A stretch of 64,000 nucleotides of DNA from Alphaproteobacteria bacterium (GTDB lineage: Bacteria; Pseudomonadota; Alphaproteobacteria; RF32; CAG-239): assembly GCA_045644765.1 (NCBI GenBank), contig JAZRHM010000001.1:58022-122021 (forward strand), written 5' to 3'. Positions 16,371-25,892 of the stretch are shown one piece after another. The notes under the pieces are model-generated. The model was not told where the DNA came from, did not search any database, and worked only from the letters and a program-made list of their open reading frames with translations. Both the position numbers and the translations under genes were made by a program. Position 1 is the stretch's first letter; each line of letters begins with the position of its first letter.

Positions 16371-17897
16371 TTGAGTAATTTAGAACAAAAAGCTGCTGTT
16401 TTATATAATGAAAAAAAATATCCTGAAGCTTTGGATATTTATCTGTCGTTGCACCAAAAAAATCCTAAAACCGAAAAATATTCCATTTTTTGCGGAAGTT
16501 GTTTTGATGCTTTGGGAGAATCGGAAAAAGCAATATCATATTATAAAAAAGCAACAAAACTAAATCCGATATCTGAAACATCTCTTATTGCCCTTTCTAA
16601 TATATATTATAACAACTCAGATTATGAAAATGCTGAAAAGTTTGCTAAACGCTTATTAAGAAAAAATCCTAACAATACATCAGCTTTGCTTTGCTTAGGA
16701 AATATTGCTTATTGTCAGTTTTATTTTGAAACAGCATTGCATTATTATGAGTTGGTTTACAAAAACAATCATGCAAGTTATATTGCTGTAATAAACATGG
16801 CAAATACATATTTTGATTTGGGGCGTTATGTTAAAGCCGTAGATTTTGCAAAAAAAGCCTTAAAACTTTATCCTTCAAGTGTTGATGCTTATATAATTCT
16901 CGGAAATTCGTTTATAGAACTTGAAAAACACGAAAAAGCCGAAAAGAACTTGTTAAGAGCTCTTGAGTTTAAAGATGACAACCCTTGGATTTACAATGCA
17001 TTAAGTCGCTTATACCAGAAAACAGAAAAGTGGGCTTCTGCTCTTGAAACAGGGTGGAGTGCTGTAACATGTAACCAAGAAACCCATCAAGACCAGCATA
17101 TAAACTTCGGTTATTTACTGTATGAATGTGTTGATGAAAAAGGAAAAGATCTTGCTGAAGAATATGCTAAGAAATGGCTCGATAAATTTCCTAATGAAAA
17201 AATTGTTTATCATATGGCAATGGCTATCTTAAATGATAGAACAATAAAAACTGCCGATGCTGATTATATTAAAAAAATATTCGATGCTTTTGCCGGCGAC
17301 TTCGACTCGACATTATCCGGACTTGAATATCAAGTACCTGAGCACATCGCTAAATGCGTAAAAGAAAACTTTCATAAACCATTCTATAAACATATAAAAT
17401 ATCTCGATTTAGGATGCGGAACCGGTTTATGTGGTAAAGCCGTAAAATCCGTTATCGGTTGGAGCCATGCGACAGGTATTGATTTATCTGAAAAAATGCT
17501 TTTAGAAGCAAAACATAAATACATATATGATAGACTTGTAATGGATGAAATTGTAAATTTCTTACAAAATGAAGATATAAAATATCATCTGATAACTGCC
17601 GGAGATGTTTTTACATATTTTGGCGATTTACAAAAGCTTATAAAATCCATATCTAAATCTTTAATCGATAACGGACAGGTTATATTTACAATATCAGATA
17701 ATAATATAAATTCTGATGATTATTACCTTACTCCATCCGGACGTTTTATTCATAACAGCGATTATGTATTAAAGCTTTTGAAAAAGTTTGGATTAAATAA
17801 AATAAGCATCGAACGTAAAGCTTTAAGAAATGAAGGTGATAAGGTCATCTACGGATACGTTATTGCTGCAGAAAAACTTATCACTATTGAGAACTAA
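16371..17897 (+). CDS. TPR-repeat protein fused to a C-terminal class I SAM-dependent methyltransferase domain
   Basis: N-terminal 34-residue TPR-like repeats (AISYYKKATKLNP, ALHYYELVY...). C-terminal motif I YLDLGCGTGLCGKAV and ITAGDVF. Confidence 0.65.
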   Translation: MSNLEQKAAVLYNEKKYPEALDIYLSLHQKNPKTEKYSIFCGSCFDALGESEKAISYYKKATKLNPISETSLIALSNIYYNNSDYENAEKFAKRLLRKNPNNTSALLCLGNIAYCQFYFETALHYYELVYKNNHASYIAVINMANTYFDLGRYVKAVDFAKKALKLYPSSVDAYIILGNSFIELEKHEKAEKNLLRALEFKDDNPWIYNALSRLYQKTEKWASALETGWSAVTCNQETHQDQHINFGYLLYECVDEKGKDLAEEYAKKWLDKFPNEKIVYHMAMAILNDRTIKTADADYIKKIFDAFAGDFDSTLSGLEYQVPEHIAKCVKENFHKPFYKHIKYLDLGCGTGLCGKAVKSVIGWSHATGIDLSEKMLLEAKHKYIYDRLVMDEIVNFLQNEDIKYHLITAGDVFTYFGDLQKLIKSISKSLIDNGQVIFTISDNNINSDDYYLTPSGRFIHNSDYVLKLLKKFGLNKISIERKALRNEGDKVIYGYVIAAEKLITIEN

Positions 17898-17901
17898 AAA
17901 A

Positions 17902-17925
17902 ATCTCCGTCTCCGGAGATTTTTTA
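17902..17925. terminator. Bidirectional rho-independent terminator between convergent genes
   Basis: atctccg-tc-tccggagat followed by TTTTT. Confidence 0.6.
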
Positions 17926-17938
17926 TTTCTTAACATAC

Positions 17939-18391
17939 CTATTGTTTTTGGATTATTTCGTGTTTAACTTCATCACCAACTTTAATACCATACTTTTTAA
18001 CATCACCGGCATTTATTTCGACGACTGCTGATAATGGTTCAGTTATTTGAGGTTTAATTAAATTAGTCGATAAAGGTTCAGCATTTTCATGAATCCAAAC
18101 AATTTTACCACTTTGGTTGACAAACAACATATCTAAAGCAACATATGTATCTTTCATCCACATAGCAATACCTTTAGCTCCATTAAGATTAAAAATCATC
18201 CCAGAATCGGTTTTTAACTCTTTACGATCCATCAAACCTTGAGACATTTCTTCCTTTGTAACCGCACTTTCAACCTTATAAACGACAGGACCATTATCCG
18301 TTGCAACAATCAACTCGGATAATTTATCATCTTTTTGCCCACAACTTGTCATCATAAGTGTAATAATGAATATTTTTAAAAGCTTCAACAT
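17939..18391 (-). CDS. DUF192 (COG1430) family lipoprotein
   Basis: Lipobox LMMTSC. LDMLFVNQSGKIVWIHENAEP and AVVEINAGDVKKYGIKVGDEV are typical of DUF192. Confidence 0.6.
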   Translation of the reverse strand: MLKLLKIFIITLMMTSCGQKDDKLSELIVATDNGPVVYKVESAVTKEEMSQGLMDRKELKTDSGMIFNLNGAKGIAMWMKDTYVALDMLFVNQSGKIVWIHENAEPLSTNLIKPQITEPLSAVVEINAGDVKKYGIKVGDEVKHEIIQKQ

Positions 18392-18561
18392 ATCAACACC
18401 CCCCTTAGTTAGTTACGATTTCTACTTTAATATTTTTTTATAAATTTTGCAATATAAATATTGAGTTGATGAATAAAGTTTTATGCTTGTAACTACTTTT
18501 TAAAAGTTGTATTTTACTTGTTATATATGTAATAACCATAAACAGAATAATAGTATAATAA

Positions 18562-20325
18562 ATGGCTGATTATAAAAACAAAAAATCATTAAACGGAAAC
18601 TCATGGGAAGTTTTATCTGCAGATGAAAGGTTAGCCGAAGCTCTGATGCAACAAAAAAATATTCCTTATATTGTTGCAAACATACTTGCTTCCAGAGGCG
18701 TTAACACAGAAAATGCCGATCTGTTTTTGAACCCCAAATTACAAACATTGTTACCTAATCCTTCATGCTTAAAAGATATGGATAAAGCTGCAAAACGTAT
18801 AGCAGAAGCTATCATAAACAAAGAACAAATAGGTATAATTGGCGATTATGACGTAGATGGTGCTACTTCAAGTGCAGTAATGTGTAAATTCTTAAATTTT
18901 TTTGGTATTACCCCATATGTACGCATTCCGGACAGAGAAGAAGGTTATGGCCCCTGCGAAAGTATGTTTACAGACTTTGATAACAATGGCATAAAGTTAG
19001 TTATAACTACTGACTGCGGTACCAGTGCCTTTGAAGTGTTAGATAAAGCAGCATCTGACGGTTTTGATATAGTTGTTTTGGATCATCATGAAGCAGAAAT
19101 TAAATTACCTAAAGTTTTTGCCGTAGTAAATCCCAAAAGGTTAGATGAAAACAATGATTATCCTTATTTAAAATACTTAGCAGCAGTCGGTGTTGTTTTC
19201 ATGACAATAGTTGCCGTTAATCGTGAACTTAAAAATATGGGGCACTATACAAACAACAAAGCTCCGGATCTATTAAATTTTCTCGATTTGGTTGCATTAG
19301 GAACGGTTTGTGACGTTGTTCCTCTTTTAGGACTTAACAGAGCTTATGTAAAGCAAGGGCTTAAAATTATAGCTTTGCGACAAAACTTAGGTATAAGAGC
19401 TTTAAGTGACATTGCCCAAATAGGAGAAAACTTAAGTGCATACCATTTAGGTTTTGTTTTAGGTCCCCGAATTAATGCCGGCGGTAGAGTTGGTGACCCA
19501 TCAATAGGAAATAAACTGCTTTGCACCACAAATGAAATTGAAGCTAAGAATCTGGCTGAGAAATTAAATAATTTCAACATTGAAAGAAAAGAAATAGAAT
19601 CGTATGTTTTGCTGCAAGCTATTGAAGTTTTAGAAGGCACACCTCAAGAATATCCGATAGCTTTTGTTTATGGCTCAGATTGGCATCAAGGTGTTATAGG
19701 CATTGTTGCCGGAAAACTTAAAGAACGATATAATGTCCCTGCATTTGTTATGTCTGTTGAACAAGACGAAGTTAAAGGATCAGCACGTTCAATCGCAGGA
19801 ATTGACTTAGGAGCTTTAATTATTGCAGCAAAAGAAAAAGGCATTTTAACCAAAGGCGGCGGACACACTATGGCTGCCGGATTTTCTTTAAATGAAGATA
19901 AAATAGATGAATTTAAAAAATTTGTCGGAGAATATATAAAATCTAAATTAGGTGAAGAAAAAATAACTCCGATAATAAGCATAGACGGAACAGTTTCATT
20001 ATCCGGAGCCAATGAAAAACTTGCTGAAGCGATTGAGCTGCTTGAACCTTTCGGAGCGTCAAACCCCGAACCTAAAATCATAATTGAAAATGTTTACTTT
20101 ACCAATCAATCTATTATAGGAAGCGGTCATGTAAGATGTTTCTTAACTGATGAGTTCGGTCAAAAATTAAAATCCATTGCTTTTAGAGCGGCAGATACTC
20201 AAGTCGGAAAAGAAATTTTGGCTTCAAAAGGTGAACGCTTTGATGTAGCGGGAACTTTGAGAAAAGATACTTGGCAAGGCAGAACATCTTTACAGTTTAT
20301 CATAGAAGATATCATGAGGGTATAA
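18562..20325 (+). CDS. recJ: Single-stranded-DNA-specific exonuclease RecJ
   Basis: DHH motifs IIGDYDVDGATSSAV and VVLDHHEA. DHHA1 GGGHTMAAG. Confidence 0.9.
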   Translation: MADYKNKKSLNGNSWEVLSADERLAEALMQQKNIPYIVANILASRGVNTENADLFLNPKLQTLLPNPSCLKDMDKAAKRIAEAIINKEQIGIIGDYDVDGATSSAVMCKFLNFFGITPYVRIPDREEGYGPCESMFTDFDNNGIKLVITTDCGTSAFEVLDKAASDGFDIVVLDHHEAEIKLPKVFAVVNPKRLDENNDYPYLKYLAAVGVVFMTIVAVNRELKNMGHYTNNKAPDLLNFLDLVALGTVCDVVPLLGLNRAYVKQGLKIIALRQNLGIRALSDIAQIGENLSAYHLGFVLGPRINAGGRVGDPSIGNKLLCTTNEIEAKNLAEKLNNFNIERKEIESYVLLQAIEVLEGTPQEYPIAFVYGSDWHQGVIGIVAGKLKERYNVPAFVMSVEQDEVKGSARSIAGIDLGALIIAAKEKGILTKGGGHTMAAGFSLNEDKIDEFKKFVGEYIKSKLGEEKITPIISIDGTVSLSGANEKLAEAIELLEPFGASNPEPKIIIENVYFTNQSIIGSGHVRCFLTDEFGQKLKSIAFRAADTQVGKEILASKGERFDVAGTLRKDTWQGRTSLQFIIEDIMRV

Positions 20326-20328
20326 TAA

Positions 20329-21009
20329 ATGAAAAATAAAAGTCATAATACGAAAAATCTCAATAAGCAAAGTCTATCATCTAGATTATTAAGCAAACTA
20401 AAAGCTTATTTATTTACGGGAATACTCGTTACAGCTCCGGTCACCATTACTTTTTATATGGCGTACAAGCTGATTTTATTTATTGATACATCAATTAGTT
20501 CTTTACTTGCTCCAAGTATAAACCTAAAACTATATTTTCCGTTTAACATTCCAGGTATCGGACTAATTGTTTTAATTGGAGCTCTTATTTTAATCGGAAT
20601 GTTTACTACAGGATATTTTGGGCGTTTTTTTGTTCGTCTCGGTGAACTTATTGTTTCAAAAATGCCGTTTATATCCAGTGTATATTCATTGTTAAAACAA
20701 GTTTTTGAAACTTTCTTTTCTGATAAGAAGCAATCTTTTAATCAAGTAGTATTGTTAGAATATCCTCGTAAAGGTCTTTGGATATTAGGTTTTGTAAGTG
20801 CTAAAACCTCAGGAGAAACATCGGAAAAACTTGGGAGCAATATGCTAAACGTATTTATTCCGACAACCCCTAACCCGACATCAGGTTTCTTAATATTCGT
20901 ACCTGAAAAAGATGTTATAAAGATGGATATGACAGTGGAAGAAGGATTAAAATTTGTCGTTTCTTGCGGTATAGTTACACCTGATATGGTAAATAATAAG
21001 AAGAAATAA
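20329..21009 (+). CDS. DUF502 family membrane protein
   Basis: N-terminal TM helices. VVLLEYPRKGLWILGFV and NVFIPTTPNPTSGFLIFVP conserved blocks. Confidence 0.65.
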   Translation: MKNKSHNTKNLNKQSLSSRLLSKLKAYLFTGILVTAPVTITFYMAYKLILFIDTSISSLLAPSINLKLYFPFNIPGIGLIVLIGALILIGMFTTGYFGRFFVRLGELIVSKMPFISSVYSLLKQVFETFFSDKKQSFNQVVLLEYPRKGLWILGFVSAKTSGETSEKLGSNMLNVFIPTTPNPTSGFLIFVPEKDVIKMDMTVEEGLKFVVSCGIVTPDMVNNKKK

Positions 21010-21018
21010 ACTCTGTCC

Positions 21019-21039
21019 TTTTATTGGTGCTCTGAAAAG
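21019..21039. repeat. 21-bp perfect direct repeat of the tRNA-Leu(CAG) 3' end plus 6 flanking nt (ttttattggtgctctgaaaag)
   Basis: Identical to 21195..21215, which spans the 3' end of the tRNA at 21201..21287. Confidence 0.6.
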
Positions 21040-21200
21040 AAACGCTAAGTAAAAAAGCAAGCAACCTTGCTTTTTTATCTGCAAGTTCTTTGTAACATCT
21101 TAATGAGCAAGGGAGTTTTAACGACCACAGCGAATTTAGATGCCTAAGCCATAGTCCTTTTAGGTTACCAAAAAAAATCTCCCCGAAGGGAGTTTTTTAT

Positions 21201-21287
21201 TGGTGCTCTGAAAAGGACTTGAACCTTCACGAGAATTCTCTCACAAGTACCTGAAACTTGCGCGTCTACCAATTCCGCCACCAGAGC
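21201..21287 (-). tRNA. tRNA-Leu (anticodon CAG), type II
   Basis: Reverse complement GCTCTGGTGGCGGAATTGGTAGACGCGCAAGTTTCAGGTACTTGTGAGAGAATTCTCGTGAAGGTTCAAGTCCTTTTCAGAGCACCA. Perfect anticodon stem CAAGT/ACTTG, loop TTCAGGT. Encoded CCA. Confidence 0.8.
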
Positions 21288-21340
21288 ACTAAAACACCTG
21301 TTTAAATAGGCGTTTTTTTAATTACTGTCAATCAATTTTT

Positions 21341-22150
21341 TTAAAAAATTCCATTGGAATACAAAATTAGCACGCCACCCAAAATTACCCTATATATCAC
21401 AAACGGTAAAAAGGTAAATTTTTGAAGCCACTTCATCATAGCAAAAATAACCATCATAGAAAAAATAAACGAAAATCCTATTGCATCAATTACATTTCCA
21501 ATTTCTGTTATATTTGAACTTTTATACAATCTGTACAATTCCAAAGAACCTGCTGCCGCAATTGTTGGAATAGACAGCAGCATTGAAAACTTTGCAGCAT
21601 CGCTTCTGTTTACGCCTAAAAACCTTGCCATCGTTATAGTAACTCCTGAACGACTTGTGCCGGGTATCAAAGCTAAACATTGCGCCAAACCGATAAATAA
21701 AGCATCCTTAAAACTTATATCTGATGTATTTTTAGAGCTTTGTCCTTTTTTATCTGCCACATATAAAATCAGTCCGTAAATCAATATGGTCCAACCTATT
21801 ATCTTAGGATTTCTAAAATATTCCATCCCAAAATTACGTAAACAAAAACCTATAATCAATGCAGGCATAGATGCCAAAACTATTTGATATGCAAGACGAT
21901 TTCCTTGGTTTGAAAAATTAGGTAAACAACATTTAGATAACATCCCTTTGATTATTTCTATAATATCTTTATAAAAATATATCATTACTGCAACAATTGA
22001 TCCTATATGCAAAGCTATATCAACTGCCAAACCTTGATCTTCAAAAGGTGTAAATTCGGCAAACAATATCAAATGTCCGGAAGAGCTAATCGGTAAAAAT
22101 TCGGTAATACCTTGAACAATAGACAACCAAACAGTTTGCAATATAGACAT
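21341..22150 (-). CDS. uppP: Undecaprenyl-diphosphatase UppP/BacA
   Basis: GITEFLPISSSGHLIL motif. 8 TM-like segments. 269 aa. Confidence 0.9.
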   Translation of the reverse strand: MSILQTVWLSIVQGITEFLPISSSGHLILFAEFTPFEDQGLAVDIALHIGSIVAVMIYFYKDIIEIIKGMLSKCCLPNFSNQGNRLAYQIVLASMPALIIGFCLRNFGMEYFRNPKIIGWTILIYGLILYVADKKGQSSKNTSDISFKDALFIGLAQCLALIPGTSRSGVTITMARFLGVNRSDAAKFSMLLSIPTIAAAGSLELYRLYKSSNITEIGNVIDAIGFSFIFSMMVIFAMMKWLQKFTFLPFVIYRVILGGVLILYSNGIF

Positions 22151-22153
22151 TAT

Positions 22154-22999
22154 TTAATCCTTAGCTATGAATACTTTACAATTTTCTTTATTATTTTCTA
22201 ACAATGAATGAGGTCTAAATCTTATATCATTAAGTGTTACTCCCCAGTGTAAATGAGGGCCGGTTGCTCTACCGGTAGCGCCGACAAGTCCTATAACATC
22301 GCCTTTGTTAACATTTTGATCTTCATTGACTAAAACCTTACTAAGATGCGCATAAATCGTCTTTAAGCCTTGTCCATGATCAAGAATTACCATATTTCCG
22401 GAATAAAAATAATTTCCTCCGGCAAGTAAAACCTTTCCATCTCCTGAAGCTCTTATTTTTGTTCCTTCCGGTGCCGCTATATCAACACCGGTATGCGGAC
22501 TTTTAGGAACATCATTAAATATACGTTGATTACCAAAATATCCGCTTATTCTGCCATCAAGCGGTAAGACAAAACCTTTTTTCCAATCTTGCGAATCTGT
22601 ACCACTCTTATTTAGAGCATTTTTCACATCCGTTCTTTCTCTTAAAATTTCACTTTCATCGTTAGCAGAAGGCGTAACCTTGTTTTGCGCTACCCCTTTA
22701 ATGCTTTGAACATTCCAATTATGTTTTTTTACTTTTATATCATATTGCCTAGATATATTATCATTATAAATAACTTCCAAAACCTTATTTGGGTTTTCAT
22801 CACGTGATAATGCAATTAAAAATTCGCCTTCATCATTTACATCATATTCTTTATCAGAAAATTTTATTTTCGTTGCATCTTTAGCTATACCATATAAAAG
22901 TTCACCTTGCTCAATATTACCACAAAGTTTCACTTCTTTGGCAAACGTTTCAAAACAGAATAAAAAGCTACAAATCAAACAAATCAAACTGTTCCGCAT
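22154..22999 (-). CDS. M23 family metallopeptidase (LytM-like)
   Basis: HTGVDIAAPEGTKIRA...GNMVILDHGQGLKTIYAHL...GATGRATGPHLHWGV. Confidence 0.8.
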   Translation of the reverse strand: MRNSLICLICSFLFCFETFAKEVKLCGNIEQGELLYGIAKDATKIKFSDKEYDVNDEGEFLIALSRDENPNKVLEVIYNDNISRQYDIKVKKHNWNVQSIKGVAQNKVTPSANDESEILRERTDVKNALNKSGTDSQDWKKGFVLPLDGRISGYFGNQRIFNDVPKSPHTGVDIAAPEGTKIRASGDGKVLLAGGNYFYSGNMVILDHGQGLKTIYAHLSKVLVNEDQNVNKGDVIGLVGATGRATGPHLHWGVTLNDIRFRPHSLLENNKENCKVFIAKD

Positions 23000-24278
23000 C
23001 TCTATTCTCCACGACCTTTGTTTTTACTATACCATCAACAAAACGTATGTTTAATTCGCCACTTCTTTTTGCATGTGAAGCATCATAAAGCGTTTTAAAA
23101 TGCCTATCTGTTACCCAAGCAAAGCCTCGCTTCAAAACGCTATCAACAGAAACGCCTTCCAGTCTTGAAGCTAAAGAACTCAACATTGTTTTTTGTTTCT
23201 CAACTATATTATTTATCAAATACGGCTTTAATCCGACCAAACCCACGTTTTGCTGTTTTATTCCCATATAATTAGACATTGCCATTTTAATCCGCTCAGA
23301 TATATCATCAATTTTTTGCTGATTTTCCAACACAATTTGTTCCAAATTTGGGATTCCTCTTCCAAGACCTTCAATCTTTTGTTCATATTCCTTAAACATG
23401 CGATACATTGCATTTACATATCTTCCTTGATAAGATGATAAAGCAAACATTAAATCAGATTTAACAGGAACGGCAAATTCGGCTGCACCGGTAGGCGTAG
23501 GGGCTCTGACATCTGCAACATAGTCAATCAACATTGTATCTGTTTCATGTCCGACTGCTGAAATAATCGGTATTTGGCTATTGTATACAGCTCTTATAAC
23601 AATTTCTTCATTGAAAGGCCATAAATCTTCCAAACTTCCACCGCCTCTTGCCACAATCAGGACATCAGGTCTTGGTATATCAGCAACGGGAAGTTTGTTA
23701 AATCCGTCAATAGCTTGTGCAATCTTATCGGCGGCACCCTCACCTTGCACCGGTGTCGGCCAGACAATTATACGTGTAGGGAAACGGTCACTTACGCGAT
23801 GGATAATATCTCTGATAACTGCTCCTGATGCGCTTGTAACCACACCTATGACTTTTGGTAAAAATGGTATTTTTTGTTTGTGTGCTACATCAAACAAACC
23901 TTCTTGCAAAAATTTTTGCTTTCTTTCTTCCAAGAGTTTTAATAAAGCGCCGGTTCCTGCAACTTCTAAACGCTCTATCACAAGTTGGTATGATGATTTT
24001 CCTGCGAAAGTTGTTATTTTTCCGGTTGCAATTACTTCTAAGCCATCTTCTATTTTAACATTAAGAGCTGAAGCTACACCTTTCCAACAAACAGCTGATA
24101 ATACAGCATTAGCATCTTTTAAAGCTAAATACCAATGTCCGGAATCCGCCTTTTTTGCACCAAAAATTTCACCTCTAACCCTAATCTGATTAAAAGTTGT
24201 TTCCACACACTTTTTTATAGCAAAAGAAATTTCGCTTACACTATATTCCGTTAATTGCAACATTTTATCCTCTATCAT
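22968..24278 (-). CDS. xseA: Exodeoxyribonuclease VII large subunit
   Basis: N-terminal OB fold. VIGVVTSASGAVIRDIIHRVSDRFP. 436 aa. C-terminal coiled region. Confidence 0.85.
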   Translation of the reverse strand: MIEDKMLQLTEYSVSEISFAIKKCVETTFNQIRVRGEIFGAKKADSGHWYLALKDANAVLSAVCWKGVASALNVKIEDGLEVIATGKITTFAGKSSYQLVIERLEVAGTGALLKLLEERKQKFLQEGLFDVAHKQKIPFLPKVIGVVTSASGAVIRDIIHRVSDRFPTRIIVWPTPVQGEGAADKIAQAIDGFNKLPVADIPRPDVLIVARGGGSLEDLWPFNEEIVIRAVYNSQIPIISAVGHETDTMLIDYVADVRAPTPTGAAEFAVPVKSDLMFALSSYQGRYVNAMYRMFKEYEQKIEGLGRGIPNLEQIVLENQQKIDDISERIKMAMSNYMGIKQQNVGLVGLKPYLINNIVEKQKTMLSSLASRLEGVSVDSVLKRGFAWVTDRHFKTLYDASHAKRSGELNIRFVDGIVKTKVVENRDAEQFDLFDL

Positions 24279-24403
24279 AATCTACATTCTAAACGTATAT
24301 ATGACAGATGCAATAACTAAAAGTATTTACAAACAAAAAAGATATTGCATTTAGCGTCAAAAAAAATTATTATATGGTAAGTTGATTTTCATAGGAGATT
24401 TTT

Positions 24404-24577
24404 ATGACTAAAATTCCTTTAATAAAACCATTAAGTAAAGCTGCAGTAGGAAAACGTTTAAATGGTATATTCAGTATATTTCAAGCATTGAGTTTTGCTT
24501 TAGCATCTGCTTTTGTCTCTATCGTTTCCAATGCGAAAGAAGGGCTGACTAATCAAAATAATAAAGGTAGGGAATAA
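24404..24577 (+). CDS. Small ORF (57 aa) with RBS, below the ORF-track cutoff; hypothetical
   Basis: ggag 6 nt upstream of ATG 24404. MTKIPLIKPLSKAAVGKRLNGIFSIFQALSFALASAFVSIV... Confidence 0.3.
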   Translation: MTKIPLIKPLSKAAVGKRLNGIFSIFQALSFALASAFVSIVSNAKEGLTNQNNKGRE

Positions 24578-24585
24578 TATATATC

Positions 24586-24999
24586 ATGGAAAAATTTGAG
24601 ATAATTCCTGCAGAGTTTTACTTTGATAAAATTGGTGTTATTGTAAAAGTAGAATTAAATGAAGACCATGTTTTCAGAGGAGAACTGGTATATGATGGGC
24701 GCAATCAAATCATATTTAATCGCAATGATAAGAAATTTTTTCTTCTTACCCAAATAGCTCCTAATATTCGCAAACGCATATTAAAGAGCAAATATGTTAC
24801 AATTGCAGAATATTTCAATGATGAAATCATGCAAGCCTATGATATCAGTGTTCGCTTGATAGATGAAATTCCCGGCGAAGATAACTACATGGAAGAAATG
24901 CAAAAATATATTGAAAATCTTAAATCTGAATTAGGTGATGAAAAGTTTAACGAATTAAAAAGGCAAGCCATACATTCTTTTGATAAACTGATGCAATAG
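24586..24999 (+). CDS. Hypothetical protein (137 aa)
   Basis: ORF only; no family recognised. Confidence 0.45.
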   Translation: MEKFEIIPAEFYFDKIGVIVKVELNEDHVFRGELVYDGRNQIIFNRNDKKFFLLTQIAPNIRKRILKSKYVTIAEYFNDEIMQAYDISVRLIDEIPGEDNYMEEMQKYIENLKSELGDEKFNELKRQAIHSFDKLMQ

Positions 25000-25013
25000 A
25001 AAGCAAAAAATTA

Positions 25014-25193
25014 ATGATGGAATATTTAAAAAGAAAACTTTGTAAACTTAAACCATCTGATTTTGATGAAGTCAGATTTCCACGCTATTATGAAGAAAAC
25101 GGCACATTAATCAAAGAATGCGAAAATGGAGAAGTATGGGAAGTTGCCTTAGATAAAAAACATCATGAAATTTTATTAAAGAGGTTGAAATGA
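25014..25193 (+). CDS. Small ORF (59 aa), candidate antitoxin/partner of the downstream zeta-like kinase
   Basis: MMEYLKRKLCKLKPSDFDEVRFPRYYEENGTLIKECENGEVWEVALDKKHHEILLKRLK. Its TGA stop overlaps the ATG of the next gene (ATGA). Confidence 0.4.
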   Translation: MMEYLKRKLCKLKPSDFDEVRFPRYYEENGTLIKECENGEVWEVALDKKHHEILLKRLK

Positions 25194-25888
25194 GCAAACA
25201 AAATTGGTTGGTCATCATTGCCGGACCAAATGGTGCCGGAAAATCAACTTTTTATCACCAGATTTTACAATCTGATCCTTTATTTAAAAATGCACCTTTT
25301 GTTAATTTAGATAACTATGCCAAAGAAATGGTTGCCCAAAATGGTGGAACTACTGAAGATTACTTTATTCAGGCCGGGCGTAAAGTACGACAAAGTATTG
25401 ACAACTATTTTAAAAAAAAGAAAAGCTTTGTTTATGAAACCACATCTTCCGGTTTATCTCACCTTAAAATAATGGAAAATGCTCGCAATAGAGGCTACAA
25501 AGTAGCAACCATTTTTATCGGACTTTCAAAAGTAGAACTATCACATCTTCGTGTACAACAAAGGGTAAATGAAGGTGGCCATAACGTATCACCGGAAGAT
25601 ATTGAACGCCGTTTTCCAAAAGTAATTAAAAATTTTCCAAACATGTTGGCTCGTAGCGATATTGCAGCCGTTTTTGATAATTCGGGCAGAACCCCTTATA
25701 AATTAATTTTTTTAATGGACAAATACCATTTTCGTGTTTTTTACACATACCCTCGTTGGGTTAAAGAAGCAACCAAGGGAAGAAACACTAGTAAAAACTT
25801 TATTTTTGTTAATACAAATGATATTAAAGAAAACAAAAAAGAGTTTTTTACTAAAATTGCTAAGCAACTATTTTTAAATACAAAGTAA
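25190..25888 (+). CDS. Zeta-toxin/COG4185-family P-loop kinase (UNAG-kinase-like toxin fold)
   Basis: Walker A IIAGPNGAGKST. FVNLDNYAKEM. Signature GGHNVSPEDIERRF (GGHxVPxxxIxxR of the zeta toxin family). Confidence 0.7.
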   Translation: MSKQNWLVIIAGPNGAGKSTFYHQILQSDPLFKNAPFVNLDNYAKEMVAQNGGTTEDYFIQAGRKVRQSIDNYFKKKKSFVYETTSSGLSHLKIMENARNRGYKVATIFIGLSKVELSHLRVQQRVNEGGHNVSPEDIERRFPKVIKNFPNMLARSDIAAVFDNSGRTPYKLIFLMDKYHFRVFYTYPRWVKEATKGRNTSKNFIFVNTNDIKENKKEFFTKIAKQLFLNTK

Positions 25889-25892
25889 AGTG

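Noticed and set aside
19344-20081. Antisense ORFs 19344..19640 and 19686..20081 inside recJ. The same kind of shadow ORFs occur at 23581..24189 and 23855..24058 in xseA, 48071..48693 in the LRR gene, 49034..49363 and 49466..49693 opposite rplJ/rplL, 51079..51447 opposite deoA, 57698..58036 and 58991..59326 opposite adhE.
   Set aside because: All lie entirely within, and antisense to, well-supported conserved genes. They have low-complexity composition and are typical shadow ORFs.
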